This document shows, piece after piece, positions 44,388 through 56,862 of a DNA stretch of 64,000 bases. The notes beneath the pieces were generated by a model. It made no database searches. It was not told the DNA's origin and worked only from the letters and a program-made list of their open reading frames with translations. Within the stretch, counting starts at the first letter, position 1. Every line of letters begins with the position of its first letter. The stretch is taken from contig OZ316898.1 of the NCBI GenBank assembly GCA_973895155.1, forward strand, positions 10,935,187 through 10,999,186, given 5' to 3'. The translations under genes were made by a program, and so were the position numbers. This DNA is from Marsupella aquatica. Taxonomy: Eukaryota; Plantae; Marchantiophyta.

Positions 44388-47300
44388 TACATGGCGCTGT
44401 GTTTATGTTCTGTTCAACATGATACTGTCCACCATTCAAGTTGAAATTGTTTGATCTAAAGGTGGAGGTAAGAAAGAAGGTGCGGACATCATAAAATAGC
44501 TAGAAACTAATCTCAAGGCATTGATATTTCCACGAACAGATAGATGCCGTTCACTTAACACGTGTTCTCTTCTCAATTATCATTAGATGGATGGATACGA
44601 GAGTGAATTTGAGGACGGCTACAACGCCTGGCAATTTCTTCCAATTATTACTGTAGTTAACATACTTTCCTGAATTCGATATCAGTAAACTTTGCGTTGA
44701 TTTTCTCGCTAGCGGAAAGCCTTCTTGCAGACTTTGCAGATCTAGCGTAGCGATTCCTCATAGTGTCCACACTCATCTCCATGGACTTCAGGAGCTCAGG
44801 AATAGAGGTCTTCGTAACTGCACGTGCGAACAAGTTCTTAAAATGATTCAGTCCCATAGATTCAATCCCGTAAGTTATGCGAGACGTGCATCTCAGAAGA
44901 CAGTGACGGTTCAATAGTAATGTTCGACGTAGTTCTTGGTTAGCTTGAAGAGCTTTAAGAATTCTTAGACCTCTAAGGAAGTCTCGAACGAAGGCTGGAC
45001 AGATCAGTGTTTGTACTATTGCGGAAACCTTCTCCTGTGAACTGTAAATTTACGAATAACGTTCTGATGCGTGTAATCTGCTCTTGTAAAGCAACTTACA
45101 GTGTGTCGCTGAAGCCTCGACTTTGGAGAACAGAACCTCAATGGACTTCTGAAATTACAGGCCGCGATTTTAATAAAACTGTTTCAAAATGTATACATTG
45201 AAGCTTGTCCCTCATCCCCTCCACGACAACCTTCAGAAACGATGTGTCTTGAAATGAAGGTGGCTTGACGTACTGCAGGTAGCAGGGCGAGCTGCATTTT
45301 AAGGCAACAGGGTGTGTGGAGACCTAGCTTGCCGTTGGGACTAGTTACATCGGAGAGAAGGATGACGGAAATGCTGAACACTATTCAGATGCTTGTCCGA
45401 GCTGAGATGATTACTGAAAAGAAGATAATCGAGCCTCATTTCAATCAAGTAAATAGAACTCACATTCTGACGGAACGGAAAGCCTTAATGTTCGACATGG
45501 AGTTGGAATACCTCGAAGATGACGGTCTATCACGTGATGTGCGTACCTGATGCTCGTGTGTATCTTCTTCATGATCCGCAAGAAAGTTTCTCCAATCCGT
45601 GTCAGCTGCCTCACCGGTCGCAGTCAAAGTCTGTGTCTCTTGCTGGAGATTGTATCGTTACAGCATGTTTGCGTGCAAGTCCAAGTTAGAATACACAGTA
45701 AGTACCAAGGCGTTGTCTTGGATAACTCCTGTGTAAGAGCAGCTACACATTGTGCTCAAACTCTGTGACAGTTGCTGTACGTTGCAGTGTCATGTTTCTT
45801 TTTAACTTGAGTGCTCCGGAAAAACTTTGAAGCATTCGATACCAGTCATGATATGCGTACAACTACAGTAGTTAGTATGTAACATTCGTCCGACAATATA
45901 AAATCTAAAGAACAGGTGTTCTAGTGCGTGGGATGGACACATACTTTCCATCGCTTTTTCAGCTTAGAGCCTTGAGAGTCGATCAGTTTAACTTGAGATG
46001 CATGCTGTTGATCAATGTACTTCTTCAACGCCTGAAGTTGCGCCTCCACATCATTTCTCAGCTGGCCAAAATCACTGATGTTGCATTGGTAAGGGATAAT
46101 AGCGGACAGAGGACGCTTGCCAATCACCACGGCCCCGATGGCACCCTTGCCAGAGGACGCCTTGATTCTGTGTCGTCGTCCAGTCATACTTGCTCAAACT
46201 GCAACAATGAGCAAGGAACCACGACATCTTCAGGAAGTAGGGCCAGAGGGAAACATGAGAAAACTGTCTCTATTCACATAGATGTCTGCGAATGAAGCTA
46301 CACTAGACGATAGAACGAGTAATAATTGAGTTGCAGAGCGACCAAACAAACGACAATAAAACAAGTTCAGACCAGCGCAGCGTAGGAAAGCTACTTTATG
46401 CGAATTACAATTCGTGCAAATAGTGGCACTCCATTTTTACAGCATTCGCAAGAACTGTACGTTGAAACTTAACTCCCGAGCGAAGGAGGGATTTCACTAC
46501 CAAGAGTGTTGTCCCTTTGCAGGGACCTTCGTCCGCAGGACGAACTCGCACGGGACAGGGGAAGAAATCGGGCGGGCTTCTTAAATTTGTCACTCGCTTG
46601 TTAGACCATTATACCCGGGAGTCCCGCTTGCCGCAGAGTATTCCAGGTGATCTGCAGAAGCTATCATTGCAGGAAATTCATTACGTTAAATTCAAAGATG
46701 ACTGAATGCTCGAAAAGCCCGTGCACAGAGTAATTTATAAAGCTAAGATATATGTGCTGAGTTTCGAAGCAATTCTTAAATTTGATGGAGTAGCGAACGA
46801 AACTGAGACAGTGTGTGAGTCGATCGAGCCAAGATTTCTCAGGGGGAGCTTGAGAAAACGCTTCGACCTACAGTAGTTGCAAACAACTTGAAGTAAACAG
46901 AGTGTTAATTACCAGAGCTCAGATTGCTGCGCGGAGCCTCAGCAAAATGCTTCAACCGACGATTGTAGTTGCAAGAATAGGCGAATCCAGCGAGTGCTCC
47001 CAAGGACTCAGTGAGAGAATGCAAACGAATAGACGAGTAAAGCGAGTGTTCCCAAGGACAGAGTGAGAGAAGGACAGAGCTCACAACGAAAGGTGACGCT
47101 CCTGCACTAGCACCAACACTACATTGAGAGAACCAGAAGGCTTTTCGAGCATCAGCACCAATGCTCTCTGTAACCGGTATAATTCGCCATCGTCGCCAGG
47201 CGACCAAATTCCCGCTTACACAAGCGTAAATGCTCCAAGGAATACAGGTTCCCTGTAACCATTCGGGAGGTCTTGCTATTTACATCATCTATTCTCGAGA

Positions 47301-47494
47301 ATTCTTGATAGGTATTAATTGTTTGTCCGAATAGCATTTACGGTCTGGGCACATAATGCGTTACTAGGCCGTAATAATGTGAACGGAAAGTTTAGAAAGG
47401 CTAACTTTTTGAGCATTCTCTGAGCCTGGGTTAGGACTAGAACCCCACCCCAGACGGGCTGTATAGTACACTAGCTCAATATCAGTGCGTTACA

Positions 47495-48360
47495 CAAAAG
47501 AAGATGTTGTGAAGAAAAAAGATGTATTGTGGCCCAAGATGTTGTGTCATTAAGAAAACAGATATTGTGTCAACTAAAATATAGTTAAGAAAAAAGATGT
47601 TGTGGCACCCAATATGTCCTTAAGAAAAGAGACATCATGTTGCCCAAGATGTTGTCAAGAGATAAGTTGTAGTTAAGTAAAAAGATGTTGTTAAGACAAA
47701 AGTTGCACAAAAGATGGTGTGGTGAGAAAAAAATGTTGGGGTGAAAATAGATGTTGAGGTGAGAAAAAGAAGTTGAAGTGAGAAAAAGATGTCGAGGTGA
47801 GGAGAAGAGACCGAGGTGAACAAAGATGTTGATGAGAGAAAAAAGGAGATGTCCAACTCAGAAAAGAAGTAAGAAAAAAATATGACTGAAAGAGAGAAAA
47901 GATGACGAGGTGAGAAAAATATGTGAAGGTGAGGAAAAGATGTCGAGGGTGAGGGAAAGATGTTATGGTGAGATAAAAATGTGAAGGTGAGAAAAAAAGT
48001 CTGATGTCGAGGTGAAAAGAGGTGAAAAGAGATGTTGAGGTGAGGCAAAGAAGTCAAGATGAAAAAAAGATGTCGATGAGAGAAAACATGGCAAGGTGAG
48101 AAAAAAATGTAACTTAGATGAGTGAAAGATGTTGAGGAGAGAAAAGATGTCGACGGTGAGGGAAAGATGTTGTGGTGAGATAAAGATGTCGATGTGAGAA
48201 AAGATGTGGAGGTGAGAAAATACATCAAGGAGAGAAACAAAAATCAAGGACCTAAAAGATGTCGAGGGTGAGAAAAAATTGTCGTGGTGAGATAAAAATG
48301 TAAATGTGAGAAAAAATGGCGAGATGAGAAAAGGATGTCAAGGCAAGATAGAGTTGTTGT
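47495..48360. repeat. Degenerate purine-rich minisatellite (~20-bp units like GAGAAAAAGATGTCGAGGT)
   Basis: Dozens of aagatgt and ggtgaga motifs; strong purine skew on the + strand. Confidence 0.85.
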
Positions 48361-49169
48361 GGTGGTGTTCAACAACTTGTGCATTGCACATAAAAATTGT
48401 GTCACTATTCTTCTATTATTGTACCTCAACTTCATGCAAATATAGATGAACGCAGAATGAAAAGGACCTGCTGCAATTGAATGACAGGTGAACAATTCCA
48501 AAACAAAGAATCATGGAAGCACACTAGACTAGTTGTCCTCAATCTAGTGCTCAGAAGGCCTTCATTTTCTGGTTACTAGTATATATTATCCATTTCCATC
48601 ATGACAACAGATCTGGTTTATCTGATGGTCACCACTACCTCCCTAAAATTTAGAGTGGTGTGGTACTCAATCGATTATGTAAATGGGGCCTCCTGTCAAT
48701 GACAGTCCAAGCTTACTTGGTGTGATGGGCACTCTTACTAGTTGGTTGCTTTCTTTGTGTATCATCCCTATTCTCCTCCTTCTTCCAATTATTGTGTAGG
48801 CTATTCAGATCACAATGCTTAGTGGATCTGGTGAAGACCAATTGTGTGTCCATCTGCCACACCTGGCTAAATCTATTGGTCATCCACATGATACTGGAGA
48901 AAAGGCGTGCTAATTCTATGAGAGATCCATCTGAACTGGATTGCTTGTCCTGCTGCTTCTTATGTGTAGTATTGTGATAAATGTTAGGCTTCCTACGCGT
49001 AGTGGCCCATACTACTACCAGATCTACAGTTATTCAGTTTTGTCTTTTTGTGTCATTGCATAGGAGACCTCATTGTGAGTCCAAGGCTTGAGAACAAATT
49101 CAAGTTCTGCCATAGAACACTGGAGTTGTCTTGATTTCCTAGGGGTCTGGCTTGCTGACGGCATTGCTT

Positions 49170-49457
49170 TCAGGTGATCAAGGGTGGACTAAGCATCACC
49201 CAACTAGGAAGACCACCCAGGAATTTTGAGTAAACTTGGGCATTACGTTCATTCCAGATCGTCTTACGTATCTCCATCAGAAGCACAATCGGACCAGAGT
49301 TTCTTTTGTGAAGCATAATTGCCACTTGAATCAACTCAAACAAAGTGCCTGCCAAGCGCTTTAGTGTTGCCTTGTTGCGGAGAAGAACTTTAATCTCTTG
49401 CCATCTGTCTCCCACCTTGTTGCAGCCATAGAAGAGATGTTCTATGTTTTCTGGCAA
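49170..49457 (-). mobile_element. LINE (non-LTR) ORF2 C-terminal zf-RVT remnant
   Basis: ENIEHLFYGC...W and IWNERNAQVY motifs. Confidence 0.75.
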
Positions 49458-49572
49458 AAGGTGGTACCTTTGAAGTCACTTTTAATATCATCATGTTTTC
49501 TGATAGAAGGTGGCATGTTCATGTTGATAACACACAAGCTAGCCAATGTGTTATGCCAGTTCCAGTAAACTA

Positions 49573-49940
49573 CAGTCTACCCTATTTAAGTGCAGGCTCC
49601 CGGGAAGACATCCCAAACCTGCACTTATCTACATTATGCACTGTGTCATAAGTGCATGGGAATCATTTATGCACTTCTCAATATGTTCAAAAATTCTGCA
49701 CTATCCCTTAAGTGCAACTGAAATCTCTTATTTGATCACTTCCTCATATTGTCTTGTCAGGTCATACACATCAGACGCCTCATACCCCAAGCCCTCCTAG
49801 TGCACAATTGAACTGGATAAGTGCACAAAGGAACCTACTTTGTGTAACTCCCTGCTGCACTTGTCAAGAAATGTTCTTCTATGTGCGTTGTAGTGATTGA
49901 CAAATGCACGTGTACACACGTAGACAAACATGCACTAATG
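49573..49940. mobile_element. Partial pogo-type MITE related to 6276-6790
   Basis: TA|CAGTCTACC end and inverted internal similarity. Confidence 0.55.
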
Positions 49941-49960
49941 TATTTGTAATTTGACAAGAG

Positions 49961-50020
49961 AGACATGGTTGTGTAGTAGCTCACTTGAGTTGAGACTCAT
50001 GGGTCTAGAGTTCAAATGTT
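49961..50020 (+). repeat. tRNA-like (SINE-head-like) dispersed repeat, copy 2
   Basis: GTAGCTCACTTG...GAGTTCAAAT; matches 7942-8000. Confidence 0.4.
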
Positions 50021-50275
50021 TTATCAGCAGTCATGATTTTTGATTTAATCTCTTAATGTTGTCTGCTGAATGGTAGAGATCTCAATTGTCTCCCAAATGA
50101 AGTATAGGAAGTTGTTTCGTAATGAAAGCTTCATGAACTTGTTTGGCTTCTTTGTAAACTCCAAGAAAATCATAGTTGCTGCAGGTGTCATGATACACAT
50201 TAGGATACTTTGAGAGGTATAGGTCAGAACTAGACATTCTACTCACAAGTAGGCTTACTTCATACAAACTGTCAG

Positions 50276-50464
50276 TGAAATATCTCTTGAAAGCTGTGAG
50301 AGTCTCTTTTGGTACTCCATTCCATAAGGTCTGTCTATCAATGGTGGAAAAAGTAACTATGGCAACAACTGAAATATCTCTTGAAAGCTGTGAGAGTCTC
50401 TTTTGGTACTCCATTCCATAAGGTCTGTCTATCAATGGTGGAAAAAGGAACTATGGCAACAACT
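50276..50464. repeat. ~94-bp two-copy tandem duplication
   Basis: tgaaatatctcttgaaagctgtgagagtc at 50276 and 50370. Confidence 0.9.
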
Positions 50465-51649
50465 GGTTCACTGGGATACCTAGTTTTGGTTAAGTCTAAG
50501 GATTTATTGCTCTGCTGGAAAAATGTTTGCATAAAACTCAATGAGTAGGCTGGTAAATTGCCCATAACAGCAGGTAGTATATCTGGAGTTTCTACTTCTA
50601 GGTCTCCATGCAAAATCATCACAGCCAGAATAGGTCTGTAGGGTTCACCATTTGCCCATATCTGATAGAATCTACCTAGGGTGGTTATGAGAGGTGCAAA
50701 ATGAATAAGTTTAAAGATATAGAGACACTCCCTTTTCTTCTAGTAATAATACCTCCAGAATTCCCTCACAGGTGAAAGTTGAGCTTCAAATGCATTACTG
50801 AACTCTGCATATTGTGTCACAATATCTTTAGTTGGCAATGGATTCACAACGATAGTGTAGACTGGTGTAGGTTCAACTTCAAGTTCTGGTGTCTGCATCA
50901 AATGATTTGCTGGTGCTTCTTGTTGTTCCCCTAGAACAATTTGACTGCTTGAGGTAGTAAGACCTTGTGGAGTTCTGTCCAATACTTCTATAATTGTGTA
51001 GGAATCTTCAAGAATTCATGGAAATAGTATCACAGCTTGGATGAAGTTGAAACTTGTTTGAGATGGTTGCAAATATATCATGGAAGCTCTCATTCAAATT
51101 TCCGGTCATTCTGAGTTCGGAAAGGTCTTCTTATGATTCCCAAATAGTCAGAATTTGTTTGTAGAAACTTTGCCTTAGGCACTTAGCGCAAGGGCGCATT
51201 GCGGTAATGTTTTAATGTTGTGTACTATAGTTCCCCTACTTTTTAGAGGGTCAACTTAAAAGGGTTCTGATGTCCTAAATGGTTTCTAACCTTAGAGCAT
51301 CCGCACCGGACCGCCATTCAAGGTGCCCAGCAGTGAAAATGCCGGGATTCCTTTGGGAATCCACTTTTGGACTCCCCACCGGAACACAACAGGGTTCCGC
51401 TAACACCCAGGGCCCGCCGAAACTCGCTCCCGCCACACCACTTCTGCCCTACAGTAGCGGCCCTGGCTTTGCCCGCCAACAGACCTCCTGTTTGGCTGAA
51501 TGGTCAAGATTGAAGGTCGCAACTGGATCTGACGGATGGAAGGAGGCAATGCTAGGCCCAAAATCTGTGAACACATTTGATGATGACAGAATTTCTGCCC
51601 GAGCTCCTTGTGGTGCTACAGTTTTTGGGGCTGTCGTCGCGGGATCACC

Positions 51650-52515
51650 ATGGCTGGAACCAATGCTCGGGGGAAAAATTTTGCTAATGCAGAGTTGAAG
51701 CAAGTGTGCATGTCCTGGGTGAACATTTCCGAGGACCCCATTGTAGGCGCAGGGCAGAAAATGCAACATTTTGGGATTGTGTTGCTGCTCACTACAACCA
51801 TCACCGACCGAAGGGGACTCAAGAGAGGGGAGCGAGATCATTGGAAAGCAAGTGGCAGGACTTGAAACGTGATGTTGCAAATTTTTTGGGTGTATATAGT
51901 GCAGTAGAGGACCTGAGGTTGTCGGGAGCAAATCAGGAGGACACTCTACAGAAAGCTCTGGAATTATATCAACAAAAGAATGCAAAGGGGAAGGAATTTG
52001 CCTTCATAGACTGCTGGTACATGCTCAAAGACTGCCCTCGATTTTCGCAGACAGTGGAGGACATGGCATCCAAGGGGAAGGGCAAATCTCAGAGCAAGGG
52101 GAAGAGTGGGCTGCCAGACAAATCAAATGTGCCTCCAACACCACATTCACCAACAAAAATCATTAACCAGCATGGTGGAGGTCTCTCAATAGTAGATGGA
52201 GTGGAATTCAGCTCAAATTCACAGCAGAGGCCGATTGGCAACAAGTCTGCCAAGAGGCTTAAGTCTGAGGAGTGCTCTTTTTGCATTGCAGCTTATGCTC
52301 AACGGGATATGGCAGCCGCCAATGCCAAACGAATGAAGATATTGGAGGATCAGAGCCTACACAACCTGTTTAGTATGAGAGCTGCAGATGTAGACGACGA
52401 ATGCAAGGAATTCTTTCGAGCTTGTAGAGCCCAAGAGCTTACCAAATTCGCACAGAGAATTGAACAGGAAGAGGCTGAGGCTGCTAGAGCTAGTACTAGA
52501 CGCTTGGGGGGTTAA
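51650..52515 (+). pseudogene. Harbinger ORF1 (Myb/SANT-like, NAM-associated) with a frameshift near 51760
   Basis: RGKNF...SWVNISEDPIVGAGQK / ATFW...RSLESKW...FAFIDCWYMLKDCPRF...RPIGNKSAK. Confidence 0.88.
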
Positions 52516-53190
52516 CTAAGTGTATATTTTGGGATACCACGTGCGATCCTAGCCTAATATAAATAGACCTATTTTATAAAGAAAATATTCCAAGAATATT
52601 CTCTATTTTCAATATTAATAACCTATTTTACTTTATAAAGGGTATATATTAAAGAATATTCTATAAACATGAGTTTATAATACCTTCTTTTGCCTCCTAC
52701 GCAATGTCAACCTATCCTATGTACTACGTCCTATCCTAGGACTGGACTAGTACGTCCTATCCTATGTACTAGGACTGGACTAGTACATAGGATAGTCAAC
52801 CCCCCGAGACTAGACGTAGTACATCAAGTTCCTCCCAGGAGGTGCCAATTAGTGAGCAGCCTGTTGTTCCAGAATTAGTCCAGACTCCAGAAGCCACTGG
52901 CCCTGCTGGTAACGAGAATTTCTTCATGAGTCAACTGGAAGTGGAACAAGCATTAGGGAAGGGAAGTCCAATTGAGTAAGATCCAGGACATTTCGTAGCT
53001 CATAGCTCAATTTTCCACTGCAGATTAACTAATGTGTCTGTCCAATTTTGGAAGTTTAGACCAAATTTCAGAATTCACATTGTACATGCAGAAATGAGAT
53101 CAGAATTTGCTCAGAGAATTGTGAAATTGTGATGTTGTGTCCATTTGAATTCAACTCTGTATGTACAATCTCTGGTGTTGAACTAAATCA

Positions 53191-54471
53191 CTACATCTGT
53201 CCAACATAATCGAATCGATGACCTCTACCTTTGAGAGCCCACAAATGCTCAACTAGATCATTTTGCAGCATGTAGTGAGTGTCTGAATCCTCAATGACTC
53301 GAGTTGCAGCCAAGTACTCTTTCCAGTCACTAGTTGTGAGTCTCTCTCCTTGCCTATTGCTTCCTTGCTGCTGTTCCCATTCTTGTGGCAAATTCTCTAG
53401 TCGCTCATCATTTATTATCATATTATGTAAAATTACACAAGCAAGAAGGATGTCTTTGATCACAGCCTGGTTGTGAATCCTCACAGGATTCCGAATAATG
53501 CTAAAACGAGCTTGCAACACACCAAAAGCTCTCTCCACGTCCTTCCGTGCACCTTCTTGGCATTTGGCAAACCACTTTCTGGCTTCACCCTGTGGCAATG
53601 CTATTTTCTGAACAAAAATTGACCAATCTGGGTAGATACCGTCAGTGAGGAGATAATATCTGTCATACTGAGACCCATTCACAGTAAATTTGAGCTCATG
53701 AGCCTGACTTCTTAGCAAATTGTTCACCAATGGGGACCTGTCCAAAACGTTCAGATCATTGTTGCCTCCAAGAAGGCCAAAATATGCATGCCAGATCCAT
53801 AAGGACTGGTCAGCAACTGCTTCCAACACAATGGATTTCTATCTGTCCTTGTTTGTAAAGAGCCATGCAACAGGGCAATTTTTCCAGACATAATGCATGC
53901 AATCTAATGAAGCAAACATACCCGGGAATCCTCTCCCCTCATTGATTTCCAGTTGTCTCTCCATGTCTTCCTTGGTAGGCTGCCTCAAGTATTTTTCCTG
54001 AAAAACCTCTTGAATGGCTCTGCAGAATCTCTTCAGAGAATCCATAGCTGTGGTTTCTCCAATGCGGCAATACTCATCCATGGCATCTGCTGAAACACCA
54101 AGTGAAAGCTGTCTCAGTGCTGTTGTAACTTTCTGAATTGAAGATAGGCCCTTCACTCCAGCAGCATCCCGTTTTTGGACAAAATAATCGTCAGCTTCAC
54201 ACACTGCATCATGGATTTTCCAGAAAAGATGTCTTCTCATTCTATATCGCCTTCTGAATTGAGCATCTGTGTACACTGGATTCTCTCAAAAATAGTCCTT
54301 CCAAATTCTCTCATGCCCAAGCTCTTTGTCTTGATCAATGTTCTTGCTTTTTCCAGGCAATGATCCACCTTGTTTCTTCCTATTGTGTCGTCTGTAGAAC
54401 TCCATGAGAGCGAAAGGTCCAGAAATAGTGGTGTGCTCCCACCACGTCTGTTCCTGATCCAGCTCTTTCAA
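53191..54471 (-). pseudogene. Harbinger DDE transposase broken by two frameshifts
   Basis: FRRRYRM, GFPGMFASLDCMHYVWKNCP, LEAVAD, NNDLNVLDRSP, YLLTDGIYP, RKDVERAFGVLQARF, ACVILHNMI. Confidence 0.93.
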
Positions 54472-56041
54472 TTCATCTCAAATTTGCTGATTCAATTGAG
54501 CCCGCCACTCGTCATGAGAGGTCATTATCTCCAAGCAATGCTGCAAATGCGACTAGTCGATCGTAGCCCTAATTTACCCCCTTTCTCGTGCAATCTTTGG
54601 AGCAATGGAGGCTGCGCGCTACTCCGCCCCTCTCGAATTGAGCTATGGTGGCCAGGCCTCGGTTGAACCTGTGGAGGTATGGCCTCGATTGAAGGTCCGC
54701 AACTATGGTGGTCGAGTCTCATCAGTCGCGGGCCTTGCGTTCTGTCCTTGGAGTGTCGAGTTGGGTTCCTGTGATTGTATGGCCGCAGCACCCGAAAATG
54801 GCGGCCAAATTTAGCGGGATGGGTGGGGGCCCCGTCGAGCCGGCTATACTGTCTGGGCGAGTGAGTGCCCAACAGCCTTGCTAATCTTGCCTATAGCGGG
54901 CCATTTTTGGCCGCATGGGTGTGGATGCTCTTATAGGGTTGTTTCCTATACAACTATAAAGTAATAAAAATTGCTAAATAGTTCATTGAACTTATAGTGA
55001 CTTAACTAAAAATGTTCAAAATTTCAAAATTTTGAGGTAATTTTTGTATTTTGACATTTGCGCCTTACTACATACTTCTCATTGCTTGATATATTCACTC
55101 TAGAGGGGCACTTACATAGTTCAATATATCCACTCTAGAGGGACATTCACATAGTTTGTGCTCTAAATTTGGAGCACAATCAATCCGTCTTTGGTGGATA
55201 AAAGTTGTTATTCTTTTGTAAGATATCACACCCGGAACTTCAAAAGACTCTTAATCTTGAACGCAATAAAAATCATGGTCTGGTGGCTGATCCTTTTGCC
55301 AGTCCGTAACTCTGCTTGATTCCTATTCCATGAAATAGAAATTGGAGCGACACACTGATTGACATGAAGTAGACCAATCAACTTGTGGCCATCAATATTG
55401 GCGTATCCATGCTGACGACAGCGGATGATCCAAGCTTGTTGTGAGCAAAGTTGGTGTAGGCAAGTTTGTTTTGCCCCATAGTTTGGCCATAACTGAACTG
55501 CTAAAGCTTGGGCAGTGCATCAGATACTTTGGAAAAAGTACAAGCTCCTTCACTCAGATTGAAAATGTCCCTATCTTCTTGCAAGAAGTGATTACGACTT
55601 ATACAATGAAAGACTGCAAAATCAGGATCAACAGCAAGGACGTATCTTGTTGGCATGAGCCCAATACTGCAAATTTGAATTATTACTTGACCTTTTGGTA
55701 GTGCACTGAGTGTTGCCTTGCTGATCCTCATCAGTACGTCCCTGTCCCAGTAAAGTACTAATCTCTAGCATATCACCTGACACCTATTTCTTGTGTCCCT
55801 CATCATGTACGGACTTAGGCTTTCCATTTGAAACATTCAGAGTGTCCACAGACTTTTGATTGTTTAGCAGAAACTATTTGCAAAACTTTCTCATGTGTTG
55901 TTCCAGCTTCAAGTACAAACTCCACTCTGCCACAGAAAGGTAAAGTGAAAAGAAGTTTGTTCCCCGGTTTGTTCACGACTTGAGAGAAATTAAGTGATTT
56001 ACTAGCATACTCAATTTATATGCATGCCTTGCCACTTTGTA

Positions 56042-56258
56042 ACAAAGTGCATATCAGGCCCTCAACACCTATTTCTTTGAAAGAGAACGTGGTAAACAAA
56101 TGAAGGGTAGTCAGTGTGCTATTGTCCACCTAGTGAAAGCTAGGCCAAGTTACAAAGTGCATATCAGGCCCTCAGCATCTATTTCTTTGAAAGAGAACGT
56201 GGTAAACGAATGAAGGGTAGTCAGTGTGCTATTGTCCACCTAGTGAAAGCTAGGCCAT
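56042..56258. repeat. 110-bp two-copy tandem duplication
   Basis: acaaagtgcatatcaggccctca at 56042 and 56152. Confidence 0.9.
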
Positions 56259-56661
56259 GTTGAGGAATGAAACAACAGCAGGAATCTGTCCTACAATAAA
56301 TGTTGAGATATTGAAAAAGTCTCCGATGAAGTAGTCGGAATGGCTGTGATGTGAACTAATACACAAAAGAGTATGAATGATATATATCTGCAAGCTACTC
56401 AAAGTGGAGCCATTTGATTAGGATCTTCTTCTCCTCAATGTCCAGACTCTTTTGTTCAAACTGTAGTGCTTTTATGGCCAGGAAAAAAGTGCTATGGGTT
56501 ACCAACTTATGAACCCCATAAGGGTGGTAAAAAATTGCTATGGGCTACCAAATTATGTGTCCCATAAGGGTGGTAGAAACAAGGTCAACTTTTGCTATGG
56601 GCTACCAATTATGTACCCCATAACGGTGGTGGGTTAAAAAATAAGGACAACTTTGCTTACA

Positions 56662-56862
56662 GGAGAACTTTGACACCACTATTGAAACTGCTTTACAACA
56701 AACCCTGGACAGACCATATCTTTTTACGACTAGTGTACTTTCCCATGTGGGCTGGCCGACTTTGCATATGGGAGAACTTTGACACCACTATTGAAACTGC
56801 TCAATGACAAACCCTAGATGGACCATATCTTTTACAGACTAGTGTACTTTCCCTTGTGGGCC
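56662..56862. repeat. ~109-bp two-copy tandem duplication, preceded by short tgctatggg(t/c)tacca repeats (56489-56625)
   Basis: ggagaactttgacaccactattgaaactgct at 56662 and 56771. Confidence 0.85.

Larger units (their letters stand above)
51295..54930. mobile_element. Full-length but decayed PIF/Harbinger transposon (3,636 bp)
   Basis: TIR GAGCATCC(G/A)CACC, TTA TSD (51292-94, 54931-33), two convergent genes. Confidence 0.95.

Noticed and set aside
47635-48247. Phe/Ser/His-rich ORFs on the - strand
   Set aside because: Translation of a low-complexity purine-rich minisatellite.
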